Made by a program: the position numbers and the translations under genes. The notes under the pieces were generated by a model, which worked only from the letters and a program-made list of their open reading frames with translations, searched no databases and had not been told where the DNA came from. Of a stretch of DNA of 64,000 nt, positions 11,844 to 24,516 are shown in pieces. Numbering within the stretch: position 1 is the first letter of the stretch; each line of letters begins with the position of its first letter. The DNA lies in the NCBI RefSeq assembly GCF_001194135.2, contig NC_068983.1, positions 28,247,033 through 28,311,032 of the forward strand, written 5' to 3'. This DNA is from Octopus bimaculoides. Taxonomy: Eukaryota.

Positions 11844-14449
11844 TATACACAGTGGTAGAAGCAGAAACTGACCCAGAGTAATAAGAAGTTTTTGTGGAGG
11901 ATATCCCAGTTAGAGAGGTCAATAACAAGAAGAGCACTTTTTGCACTGGAGAAAATACCAAACTTAAAAGGGAAATAGTGATATTAAGGGTAACCAAGAT
12001 TATATAAATATGCTAGAGATAGAAGATGGATACTTTGAGTTTCTAAGACAAAAAACACCCGTGGTTTGTGTGAATTATTTGTGTGTATAAAAGCATGACA
12101 GATGTAGACGAGGGGTTATTTTGTTTCATTGTTCATAAATCTAAATAATGCTTCAGATTAACTTCATTAGGTTCAGAATGACATCTTTGCTATTTTCATC
12201 ATATATATTTCACTTTTGTAAATACAGGTCAGCAAAACAAATGCCATATGTTGGTGACTACAATTCACTAAAATCCTCAAAGTCTATGCCACAGTATGGC
12301 CATAGTCAAGTGACTGACACGATTAAAAAAATTAAAATATCACAAGGATCTTTTTTATGGAGGCCAGTATAATATCTGTTGTAAGTGGATATCAGAATTT
12401 TCAAAGTTCTTTTTTATTTTATTTATATTTCTTATACAATGAAACTTTTTTATAGTCATTGTCATGCAAAAACAATATTTATTTCTCTTTCCAAAATATT
12501 TTTCACTGACCTACTTTGAAACAAAAATCTATCTTCCTGCATAATCTCAAAAAAATATATTTGGAGCCTTTATTTCTTCACTTTTTAATTATCAACATTA
12601 ACCCTTAAAACAAAGAAAAATATTTCAGGTTATATCTTAGATTTACATTTTGAAGAGATGCACTATTGGTTGGGAAGATACATTATTGTGATTTTATTAT
12701 GTTCCTGAGTTAAATATATAACTTGGCTTGCCCCAATTTTCCTGAATAGTTAACAGATTTTAGAGTTTAAGTTGATTCATGAACAGTACTATAGGCATTC
12801 ATCAATAAATTCCAAACTGTACAAAACCAATCCTACATGTGCGTGGGATGAATTTTGTGAACTTGTTCATTAACAAGGGAGAAATGGATATGAAAAGGAA
12901 AAGAAAAAATTCCAATAAAATGTCTTTTTTTTTTAAGTTTTGAAAAAAAAATGAAGATTGTATTTTCTATGGTTGCTTTTGTTATTGGGGAGAAAATATT
13001 CATAAACCTCTGATTTTAACAGTTAGATAAAGTAATTAAAATATAGAAAGCTAGACAAGAATCATGATGTCTGACATTTGGTAAAAAAAAAATAAGACTT
13101 TATTGATTTGTCACCATGCAATGATAATTAGAAAGGAGTATAAGAAACAGGGAAAATTTCATAACTAACAATGATTGCAGGGTGAAGGGTGAAGGGGAGA
13201 AAATGTAAGAGGGGAGAAAGAGAGGAGAAGAAGAAAAAGAAGCTTTGAAATGGAAAAATAAAAGAGAAAAAAGAAAACTAAGAAAAATTACTGGCTTCAT
13301 CAGTATCATTTACAACAATAGCAAAAATATTATGAGATTAAAATATGTTATTTAGATTGTAATTAAAGCTGTAAAGAAAACTGATTTAAGAAATATTCAG
13401 AATGGACAAAAAAGAGAATAGTGGGAGAAGAAGAAAGAGAGAGAAAAAAATGGCAGAAAGAGAAGATAGTTACTGACTAGAATTTAAGGGTTTTTTATTA
13501 ATATTTAAAAAGTGAAGAAACAAATATAGTCAAATTTCAAACCATATTTCATGAGATTATGCAAAAAGATAGACTTTTGTTTCAAAGTTAGGAAATAAAG
13601 AAAAATATTTTGGGGAGGGAAATAACTGTTATTCTTGCCTGAAAATAAATATATTAAATAAATAAATAAATAAATAAATAAAACTTGTTATATTGCAAAA
13701 GAAATCTAAAACACATGAAAATTGTTCTATAAAAATGTTATTTTAGCAGCAAATACATTTATTTTATTTTTCAAAAGATACTTCTTTATATTTATATTTT
13801 TGGAATCTAGTTCTAATTGATTTTATCAATTCTTACTATTTCCTTTACAATGCATACAACAAATTTAGATGTAAAAAAAAAAAATATATATATATTATGT
13901 CAAACTGTATGCATACAATAAGCAAGTTAGTATTCCTGTATTAAAATTCAGGAAGCATTAAGAAGCCAAATAGAAATAAATATGCTGTAAAAGAAAAAAG
14001 AATCAAAAACAATATTAGTCAAGGATGAATATTATTTTCAATTACTCAACCAACACAGGAGATGACTTTGAAACATGTTTCGGTTTTAGCCTGATATCAT
14101 CAGTGAAGCATGACATTAAAAATATTTGCAGAAGTGATGAATGAATCACTATATAAATATACAAAGTGTGTATATGATTTTATTTTTTTATTTTTTAGAA
14201 TTAGAGGTAGTTTTGTAGAAATTTGTTGAGCTTTATGTATTCATTTCTTTGGTAGTTTAGGCTGAGCCTCCAAGAGAAATTCTGCATGGCAAAAACAAAT
14301 TGTTTTTTGGGCTCCAGGGCATTTCCTCTCAAAATTCAAAAGGTTGCCATGTATTTATTTCTTCTTCTTCTTCTTCTTCTTATTCTTCATCCTCCTCCTC
14401 CTCATCATCATCATGGTGGTGGTAGTGGTGGTGGTGGTGGTGGTGGTGG

Positions 14450-14656
14450 TGGGCTGGCAGAATTGTTAGCATCCCATGCAAAATGCTGAGTGGCATTTCA
14501 TCTGCCTTTACATTCTGAGTTCAAATTCCACTGAGGTCAACTTTGCTTTTTATCCTTTTAGCCAATAAATTAAGTACCAGTGGAACACAAGGGTCGATGT
14601 AATCAACTAGTCCCCTCCCCACAAAATTTCAGGCCTTGTACTTTTAGTAGAAAGGA
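14450..14656 (+). mobile_element. SINE family B (gagctggcagaa...gagttcaaattcc...gactttgcctttcatcc)
   Basis: tRNA-like A/B boxes; same body as 41883-42111. Confidence 0.75.
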
Positions 14657-14670
14657 TTATTATTATTATA

Positions 14671-15370
14671 TGTTTGACTTTTGCTTTGTATTTGTACAAA
14701 TTGGCTCCCAGTCTCACCCAGAGATCTCAAGAGACAACAAGTTAGAAGTTCATGTTGGTGTTATGCCTAAGGTGTCATATATTTGGTTTTGTGCATAGTA
14801 TTGTTCTAGAGAATGTTTAAGAAAACATAAAATCATAAGTTTGTTTTAAAATTTGAGATTACATAGACAGTATTTTATGTAGGATATGGGTAGTTCTTAT
14901 GAGCACTATCTTTTGAATTTCTGCCATTTTGGGATTTCCTGGTATCTGAGCTAGGTAGCAATCAGCCCTCTTTGCTATTATTCCTAGGGCACCTATGACA
15001 ACAGGTATTGTTTCAGTTTTGAGGTTCCACATTTTCCAATTTCTATTTCAAGATCTTCATACTTGCTCAGTTTTTGGTAGGCCTTGCTAGATACATTTAT
15101 ATCGATTGGGACAGTCATATTAATGAGGAGGCATGATTTTTGTCTGAAATCTTTCAGTATAATGTCTGGCCTATTCGTATGTCTTTCCATCAGTTTGAAT
15201 GAAGTCCCAGAGGAGTGAGATGTGATCATTTTCAAGCACTGGAGATGGTTTGTGTTCCCACCAGTTTTTATCATGGGGCAGGTCCAGGTTTTTGCAAATT
15301 ACCCAGTGAATATATCATGCTGCTCTATCATGCCTCTTGAGATACTGTGTAAGCACAAGAAGACTGCACA
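14671..15370 (-). mobile_element. 5'-truncated REL-endonuclease non-LTR retrotransposon (R4/Dong-like), 3' end
   Basis: HTNRPDIILKDFRQKSCLLINMTVPIDINVSSKAYQKLSKYEDLEIEIGK is the PD...D/E..K restriction-like endonuclease. ORF end TTHILHKILSM* has its stop at 14859-14861. (TTA)n on both sides. Confidence 0.85.
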
Positions 15371-15401
<31 letters not shown>

Positions 15402-17019
15402 TATTATTTCAAATTTTTGCCACAAGGGCAGCTTTGGGGAGGTGGAGTATCATCATCATCATCATTATTATTATTGAGAAAAAGGCTCATTAGACATTCA
15501 TAGCTCTCTCCTAAGTTTTATGTACCCCAGGCAGATGTACTGGCTCAATCCCTCTAATAAGCCCTAGGTTTAGATTCTGTTAGAATATGAAAAAGATTTT
15601 TGGATGCAGTTAGCAATATATGAAAATCTAGTCACATTTTCTCCTTGTTAATCTTTGAGTTCTATTCGCCATTCCTACCTAGTATCTCTAGAGGTAAGAT
15701 GGTGGAATGGAAATCATGGTATAATTAAATTTATTTTCCAATCCCATTTTTAAATTATTGAAACTTATTACACTAATTACAAATATTGCAAACTTAAATT
15801 ATGATTGTCTGAGAACACTTTTCTGCTCTTAAAAAATATGACATAGAAATAACCAGAACGATTTTTAAATGAGTTTCATTATTATTATTTTGCATTTTAT
15901 TAATGAGAACTAAGGTGGAGCAGATATTCATGAAGAAAATTAATTTAAAGTGAAAAGAACTTTTTGAAAACATCAATCATAAGCTGCTGAGCACTGATGT
16001 CTAAACATTGTCTGATCAATACAGACATGAATTTGACCAAAAAGTTGTAATTATGATCACTTAAATAACCATTCTGTACTGTTCACACATTTTTTTCTTT
16101 GGTTGAAGCTTGTAGCAATTTTGTTTGAAATTATAATTGCCAATTATGTTAGTATGTTTAAATTTTAAGAGTCTGATGTCATATATTTGAAGAATGACTT
16201 AAGGCAATGTGAGTATTCAAGTGTTTAGATTAGAATGAGTTATAAAGTTCCATTATTATTTATATCAAAAATTTTTATCTACGTATTGCAGTTAGGTTAT
16301 GACTGAGGTAATCTTGATAACACTTCAACAAACATTCTTTCTAACATGTCAAGATATTAGATGTCTAAATGTGTGACATAAGCTATTGTTAATGTGATTA
16401 TAATGTTTTAGGCTATCAAATGCATCTTTAAAGATGAATAACTTTTTTTAACATTTTCATCAACTCCAAGTTTCAATTTGCTTGATCACTAATTGTAAGT
16501 ATCTGTTTTATTTCTGGATATGTAGTTTATAAGTAAAAGTTCTTGATATGAATCTAATTTGTAATGTAATCCCATCTTGCTATGATCAAAATATTGCATA
16601 GCACTAATAACCTAAAAAATGAGAAAAATTATCAATCCTAGGGTATATTTTGGTTGATTAGAATAGAAAGTTGTCTAAACAATTTCTTTTAATAAGATCA
16701 AATTCTCTTTGGGGCATAATTGCATGACTAAGAAGTTTTCTTTGCAACCAAGAGATTTCACATTCAATAATGTTGTTTGGCACCTTAAACACATATATTC
16801 TACCATAGCCTCGAGTAGGCCATTACCTTGTGAATGTAATTCAATGACAGATGTTGTGCAGATTCCATTGCATCTATGTGCATGTACATGTGTGTATGCA
16901 TTTGTGTATGCATGTATATAGTGTGTATGTATGTGTGTATGTGTGTGTAAGATAAATTTTATTTTTAAACTAAAACTTAAAAAATTGTGAATTCTATGTT
17001 TTATCAATTCCCAATGAGT

Positions 17020-17152
17020 AGGTGCAAGCATGGCTGTGTAGTACAAAGCTTGCTTCCCAACCACATGGTTCCAGATCCAGTCCCATTGCTAACCAAAGTC
17101 TTGTGAGTGGATTTAGTAGATAGAAACTAAAGGAAGCCTGTCATCTACATAC

Positions 17153-17194
<42 letters not shown>

Positions 17195-17466
17195 TGAGAG
17201 AGAGAGATGTATATGTCTATGTGTATATCTTTACGTATGCATTTGTCCCCCACCCACCAACCACCACCCCTTGACAATTAGTTTCGGTGTGTTTATGTCC
17301 TGATAACTTAGCAGTTCAGCAAAAGAAACCAACAGAATAAATACTAGGCTTTGAAAAAAATTAAGTTCTGGGAGGTGGGGCGATTTGTTTGACTAAAAAA
17401 AAAACCTTCAAGGCAGTGCTCCAGCATGGCTACAGTCAAATGACAAACAAGAAAAAGATAAAAGAA
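17020..17466 (+). mobile_element. SINE family A, older diverged copy
   Basis: Head aggtgcaagcatggctgtg, internal (TA)n, tail gacaaacaagaaaaagataaaaga. Confidence 0.75.
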
Positions 17467-17709
17467 ATTAGTCAAAGGATTTTGTACTGATAAGATTTGA
17501 TTGGAACATGTCACAGACTGGCTGAGATTCTACCTGTATGGCATTTTGAAATATTTTGAAGGAAAAGTTTTAATTCATGAAATCACAAACTTTAACAGTG
17601 AGATGCAGGCTAACAAATGAAAGCATTTGGTTTGTCTGGAATGCCTGTTAAGAGATGGTCTAATATTCAATCATTGGGCATTCTAAAATATTTCAGTAGA
17701 TAGTTCTGC

Positions 17710-18150
17710 TAATCCTTTCTACTATAGACACAAGGCCTGAAATTTTAGGAGAGGAAGATAAGTCAATTGACTCCAATGCTCAGCTAGTATTTATTTCATC
17801 TACCCACAAAATGAACAAACGTTGACTTCAGTGGAATTTGAACTCAGAACATAGACAGATGAAATGCCACTAAGCATTTTGTCCAATGTGTTAATAATTC
17901 TGCCAGCTCACTGCCTTTAAAATATTTTAAATAATGGGTTTCAAATTTTGGCACAAGGCCAGCAATTTCAGGGAGGGAGAAAGCTGGTTATCAACCTCAG
18001 TACTCAATTGGTATTTATTTTATCAGCCCCAAAAGAATGAAAGGCAGTGTCAAGTTCAGGGGAATCTGAACCCAGAATGTAAAGGCAGATGAAATACCAC
18101 TAAGCATTTTGTTCGAAGTGCTAATGATTCTTCTAGCTCACCAGCTTTAG
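17710..18150 (-). mobile_element. Two tandem SINE family B copies (~17710-17917 and ~17935-18150)
   Basis: Each ends ...attctgccagctcac on the plus strand. Confidence 0.7.
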
Positions 18151-19622
18151 AATATTTCTAAAAATGACAACAAAATTATTAGCACTGAAGAGTGATTAGA
18201 ATAAAATTCTTTTGAAACAGCATATTCATTTTGACTGATACAAAGATCACAGACACTGTTACCCTTAATATAGTGCTTGGTATGTTCTAATATACTTTCT
18301 GTTAATATTGGTCCTTAAAAACCAGATTTACTTTAACAAACTTCTATTTAAAGATTTTTTTCAAGATTTCTGAAACTATATTGATGTTGACTGAATCTTA
18401 CTTTTATAGAATTCTTAGTCAACCTCACATAATACTTAGAAATTGTATTATTATCTGTAAATACACTATTGATTTCAAATGACATTAATTATTTAATGAA
18501 ACATTTGTTAAGTTTAAATCAATAGCACAAATGGGAAGGATTGGCTGTCACTAGCTATTTACGATTTTTGCTATTAATACTTGCTGTTTTTGTAGCAGAA
18601 TTATGTGTACAATCAAAACTAAATTTAATGTTACTCCTATTAGAAATTTATAATTACAATTTTTCAAAACTAAGAAAGAAAACACTCATTTAATAAGTTA
18701 AAAGATGATTAATGAGTTTTGTACTAACTTTATCACTGAATATAATATTAAACCAAATATATTTCATTTTTCTATATTTCCATGTCTAAGAATTTTTATT
18801 ATTTATGAAATAAGTTATATCTTTAATAGCACTGTGTTTCAGTGGTTCATTATTGTAAGAGACAAAAATCATAAAGCCTGTTAACTCATGAGCAAACTAT
18901 TAATGATCAATTGTTTTAAAAATTTGGTTGCAAGCATGAGAGTTGTAAACTCGGGAAATCCAAATGCTATACTGGTTATATAAATATGACATTCTCCCAG
19001 TGGCCTATAATGTACTTACAACCTAGAACAATTACAAAGCATTACATCACATCACACAATCCAAAAGTTGACAAGTAAAACATAAGTAAACAACACAGTT
19101 ATATTATACAGATTTCTGCAGAAAAATAGATGATTAATGATGGAAGCAATTTTCATAAGACAGCACAATGTTAAAATAAACATATGGATAACATACACCA
19201 ATCACAGTCAAAAATAAACACCGATCAGATGACACATAAATCTAACTGATAGAAATTTCAAATGCTTATTATAAGAAGACAGTAACACATCGTTTCACCC
19301 AGTGACAGAGAAGATTTAGAAACTTCGATTGTAGATTTGGGAACTTCATTGTTCCACATAGACTGCAAGGAACTCATAAAAGATAAGAATTAAAAAATCC
19401 TTGATATGAAACATAAAGCTAGAACAGAGTTGCATTTCCAATATAACACACACACACACACCCTTCATTGTTTGGACCATCAGCTTTTAATGGAGTCAGA
19501 CGAGCACCATCATGATATACAACAAGCCTTGAGCATTCTAAACCAAAGTGAAACTCTCTTGGGGCCTGAATTTCACTGATTTCTTCCACAGAGTAAGAGA
19601 AAGAAAGTAAAAGCAAGAAAAA

Positions 19623-19675
<53 letters not shown>

Positions 19676-19724
19676 CAGAATCAGCTCTAGAATTGGTATT
19701 TACCAAACTCTAAAATAATCCTTT

Positions 19725-20392
19725 CTGCTATAGGCTCAAGGCCTGGCAAAATCAACATTGATGGAATTTTCAAGTCAGAATGCAAAGCAGTGCTCAACTG
19801 GTATTTATTTTATGTACCTCCAAAAGAATGAAAGGCAAAGTTAACATTGGGAGAATTTGAGCTCAGAACACGAAGACAGATGAAATGCCACTAAGCACTT
19901 TACTGGCATGCTAACAATTCTGCCTGCTCGCCACCTGTCAGTATGAAAATATTAAATAGATATTATTTTGAAACTTAACTTTCATTTGTTTCTGATGGTT
20001 TTGATGGGAAAACTTCGTTTGTACCCCATAATACAAATAATACAAATTGATTGGAGGAAGTTATAGAAATTTGATCAAGAATTTAAAGAAATCAAATTTA
20101 TCCTGAAAGCTTATACTGATTCTTTCTGAAAACGAACACAATTAAGTTAGGCTTTGACAAAATGGATCCCAATATACATAATGGCTTTAAATTTTGGCAC
20201 AAGGACAGCAATATTAGGGGAAGGGGTAAGTTGAAATCATTGGCTGTAGTGCTTGACTAATTTTATCAAGCCAAAAAAGGATGATAAGCAAAGCTGACCA
20301 TTGAAGAATTTGAACTCAGAACATAGAGACAGATGAAATGCTGCTAAGCTGTTTGTCCAGCATGCTGGACAGATTCTACCAGCTTGCCACCT
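19725..20392 (-). mobile_element. Two diverged SINE family B copies (~19725-19936 and ~20185-20392)
   Basis: gaatttgaactcagaac...gaaatgccactaagc motifs. Confidence 0.65.
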
Positions 20393-22399
20393 TACCAATG
20401 TACAATGCATAGAGCATTAAAAAAAAAAACTGATGTAAAATGAAAATATGCAATGAGTAAAAAATATTATTGAGTGACTAATACCATTTTCACATTTTTC
20501 TGATAAGTATATGAAACCCTTCCAAGCACAATTAGTGAACAATAGCATCACAGACTACCAAAAAGTTTGTGAGTGATTCACTGCATTTCTGGTAGTGATA
20601 AAGGGTAGTGTCTTTTAAGATATTTATACAAATGTTAATAACTTTTGCCAATATACATTAATGAAAGAGTGTATAACTTAACTGCTACATTGCCTTCCAA
20701 GCAAGTTTTTGTTGTGTTGTAATTTGATGAAGTGGCTGCAATGAAATTGCTAACAAAAACACTATATTTAGCTTCAATTTTTAAGTAAACTATCTTTTAA
20801 ATCTGACAAACGTGCTTGCACTTTATGCCAAACTATAGCTTGTGCAGCCATTGTTTACTGATGTGATACAAAGCAAATTTATTCATTCACCCATTTTAAC
20901 AACAGACACTACACAAACCTATGAGGCAGCCTCTACATGGTCAAATGAACTGTTAGAAATGAGAGCCAAATTTCTTTCAAATAACATTCTACGGTCTTAA
21001 AAAAGAAGGCCACTGAATATATGGTGTCTTAGACTTAATGTGTCTGTAAATGAAATGGTAAGACGTTATAACTGGAATTCATTAGATCATAGGTCTGCTC
21101 CATCAGGACTGACCTGGAGTTAAACAGCAACTATGGCAAACACTGTAAAACCATTTACTTTATGACATTTTCTGTAGCTTTGCTTTCATTGTAAACCCAG
21201 AAAAATTCATTTTTAGCGTTAATTTTATAGTAGACATTAAGAGATATTATATTTAGAAAACATTCCAGCACACATTAGAGAAATTAATGTTTACCTTTAT
21301 TTTCATAGCAAATCTTAAATGTGTCGTGTTTAAAAAGTAATATTATAGCTTTCATTTCATTCAAAATATTACTTTATAGCATTGGTACAGGCATAGCTAT
21401 GTGGTTAGGAAGGTTTGTTTTGGAACCATATGATCTTTGCTTTGGTCAGACTGCATGGACGTTATTGGTTTGTGTCCTCTATGCAGCTTGACCAATACTT
21501 TGTGAATGAAAGTGGTAGGTGAGAACTAAAGCCCCAAGGCATGTATGTATGTATGTATTTATTCATTTATGTATGTATTTGTGTATGTGTGTGTATGAGA
21601 GAGAGAGATAGAAAGAAAGAGAGAAAAAAGAGAGAGAGAGAAAGAAAGAGAGAGAGTTTGTATTTACTTTTGCTTTGATGTGCATTTGCTAACTGTAAAT
21701 AAAATCCTCTCTGTTCATACAGATAATACTGTTTGCTTGCAGTTCACTGCAAAATGATGTCTGAGTTTCTTGAATTGTCTTGACATGTTGTGCTCTTTGT
21801 AAACAAAGTCTCACCATTCATACAAACAGTGTCATATGTTTGCAGTTCTCTGAATAACCACGTTCATTGATCAACAGAATGGGGTATTATTACTTTGCTC
21901 TGAACCAGGCAAGGGTTGGCATCAGGATGAGTATCCAGCCATAGAAAACTGCCTCAATGTAGTCTCATCTGACCCATGCTACCATTGAAAAGTAGACATT
22001 ATTATGTTGTTGTTATTGATGACTATGACAATGACAATGATGATAGGCACAAGGTCATAAATTTTGGAGAAGCATTTTGTCAATTATATAGAGATCAGTA
22101 CAACTTAGACTGATACGTTCTTTTGGTGAATCTGGAAGAAAGAAAGGTGAAGTCAAACCTCGCATCATTAGAAAACAGAATGTAAAAATTGATTTCTAAT
22201 TTTGGCACAATTTCATTCATTTGGAGATAGGTATATATCAGTCATTGAATATATATACCAGTTATTGAACTGTGTTACCCAGTCACACAAGTCAATGACT
22301 GGTACCTATTTTATCAACATAGAAATGGCAAAGGAGATTTGTTAGTGGTTAATCAGTGACACACCATTGTCTTAAAAAAGGGAACGACATATTAGATAA

Positions 22400-23470
22400 T
22401 GGAGTGTAAGTTCCTCTTCTGTCTGTTTTCCAGCTTACTAGAAGTTTGGTCTTTGTTTTATTAACTTGAAGTCTCTTCCATTCCAGGTTTTGCTTCCACA
22501 CCGAGAATCACTTTCTAATTTTTTTATAGATACCATTATATAAGAACAAGATCATTAACATATAATAGTTCCCAAGGACAGTCAGTCTTAAATTCCTCTG
22601 TTAAGGCCTGGAGAAGTACAATGAATAGGAGAGGACTAAAAGCCAAGCCTTGGTCAACTTCTAACTCTACTTTAATTCTTTAGCATTCAGATTACTCTGT
22701 CAAATGTAACGTTTATTTATTCACATTGTTTTGAATTAATCATACATTATCTGACAGCTTCAAAATTTGGATGATGTGATTGTTTACTTTTAGAATGACA
22801 TTGTAGAATAGCCGTAAGAGTCCAGATTTGATTGGTTTGGGCATAAAACAGGTAGAATATTTGAGATAGATATGGCCAGTTTAAATGCTAAAGGGTTAAA
22901 TTCATTACTAAATCCATTGCCAACTCTCACCTTACTGACAACACTGCTATACATGGCTTGTTTGGTTTTCATAAGCCATCTGTCTACCTAGGCTTCTTCA
23001 AAGACCACTAGAATATGGAGCAAGTAATTCTGTTGCAGGCTTTCTCCAGGTTGATGAATGCCAAATACAATGGCTAAGTATTTTTCATGCAGTGCCTTAC
23101 TAGAAAGAGGGTATCAGTAGTACTTCTCTCAAGCACAAAACCAAATTTTACCCCATCTATAAATCTCTCCATGACTTTCATGACTTTCATGACCTGGTTT
23201 AGCAATTTGATACTTCTGTCATTACTTCTATATAAGGTATTTTCTTTACCCTTATAACAGTTGACTATGATGCTGTTACAGCCATTCATTGGCTTCATTC
23301 ATTTTATGTCTATTTTCACATGTTAGTTGTCTGGCACAAATACTTATTGAGATATCATTTTGCAGCTGGATGTCTTTGCAGTTTCTAAAAATTGGCCTTT
23401 TTGCAAGTGAAAGAATTTTTTTGTTATATTTTTTGCTCAATGACCTTATAGAAGGATATGAAATGTAAAT
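22400..23470 (-). mobile_element. RTE-clade LINE reverse-transcriptase fragment (pseudogenised), interrupted by a MITE
   Basis: Minus-strand motifs KFGFVLERSTTDTLFLVRH, YLAFINLEKACNRI, VRVGNGFSNEF/KVELEVDQGLAFSPLLFI, CPWELLYVNDLVLI (YADD position) and VWKQNLEWKRLQVNKTKTK, with stops and frameshifts. Confidence 0.85.
22672..22899. mobile_element. TTAA-target (piggyBac-like) MITE, ~228 bp
   Basis: Ends ttaa-ttctttagcatt ... aatgctaaaggg-ttaa. Removing it plus one TTAA restores the host RT frame (SNEFKVEL). Confidence 0.8.
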
Positions 23471-23982
23471 ATTCAGACAGACCCACATATATGCACAACA
23501 CGCATTCATCAACAGGGAATTTCCACAGAAACAGTGATATCAACAACTCTAACCTATGATGATGAAGGAAGTAAAAGCACAAAATCAGTACAGACAGCCT
23601 TTAAATATCATACAGTATCTCCCAGACAGCCTGCTAAACAACAGCAGCAAAAAAAAATATATAAACCTAGTGCAGAAAAATAACTACACACTACAAGTTG
23701 GCAGTGAGCTCCTCAGGAAATACTCTCTTCCTGGTGATATTTCGTACAATGCTGAAATAGCCAAAATAACATACTTCAAAGACAAACTGAATGGGAAACA
23801 CTCAGCATACGAAAATAAGATTATACATACTTAAATTTCCAGAAAACAAGAAGATGACATTAATATCAACATGAAGTGCAACCTTTCTTGGACTCATAAC
23901 TCCTACATCACACTTCAAAGAGACACTGAAGCCTTTGGAATCCCCCCAAAAAACAACCAAAAATGTTGATTATGTCTCTCAT

Positions 23983-24172
<190 letters not shown>

Positions 24173-24173
<1 letters not shown>

Positions 24174-24516
24174 GGCTCCAGGTTCAGTCCTACTGCGTGG
24201 CATCTTGGGTAAGTGTCTTCTACTATAGCCTCAGGCCGACCAAAGCCTTGTGAGTGGATTTGATAGATGGAAACTGAAAGAAGCCCGTCGTATATATGTA
24301 TGTGTGTTTGTATGTCTGTGTTTGTTCCCCAACATCACTTGACAACCGATGCTGGTGTGTTTATGTCCCCGTAACGTAGCGGCTCAGCAAAAGTGACTGT
24401 TAGAATAAGTACTAGGCTTACAAAGAATAAGTCCTGGGGTCGATTTGCTCAACTAAAGGTGGTGCTCCAGCATGGCTGCAGTCAATTGACTAAAACAAGT
24501 AAAAGAGTAAAAGAGT
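24173..24516 (+). mobile_element. SINE family A, 5' part missing
   Basis: Starts at ccaggttcagtcc after (CA)n/(TA)n; body and tail intact. Confidence 0.8.

Noticed and set aside
11844-12120. Coding-like decayed sequence after the large gap, with faint piggyBac-like words
   Set aside because: Multiple stops and no diagnostic motif I can align.
19419-19706. Minus ORF containing APRE and GPNNEG, echoing the expected next PDZ exon
   Set aside because: The motifs are in the wrong order, there is no PGDQI, and the ORF is flanked by GA and CA microsatellites.
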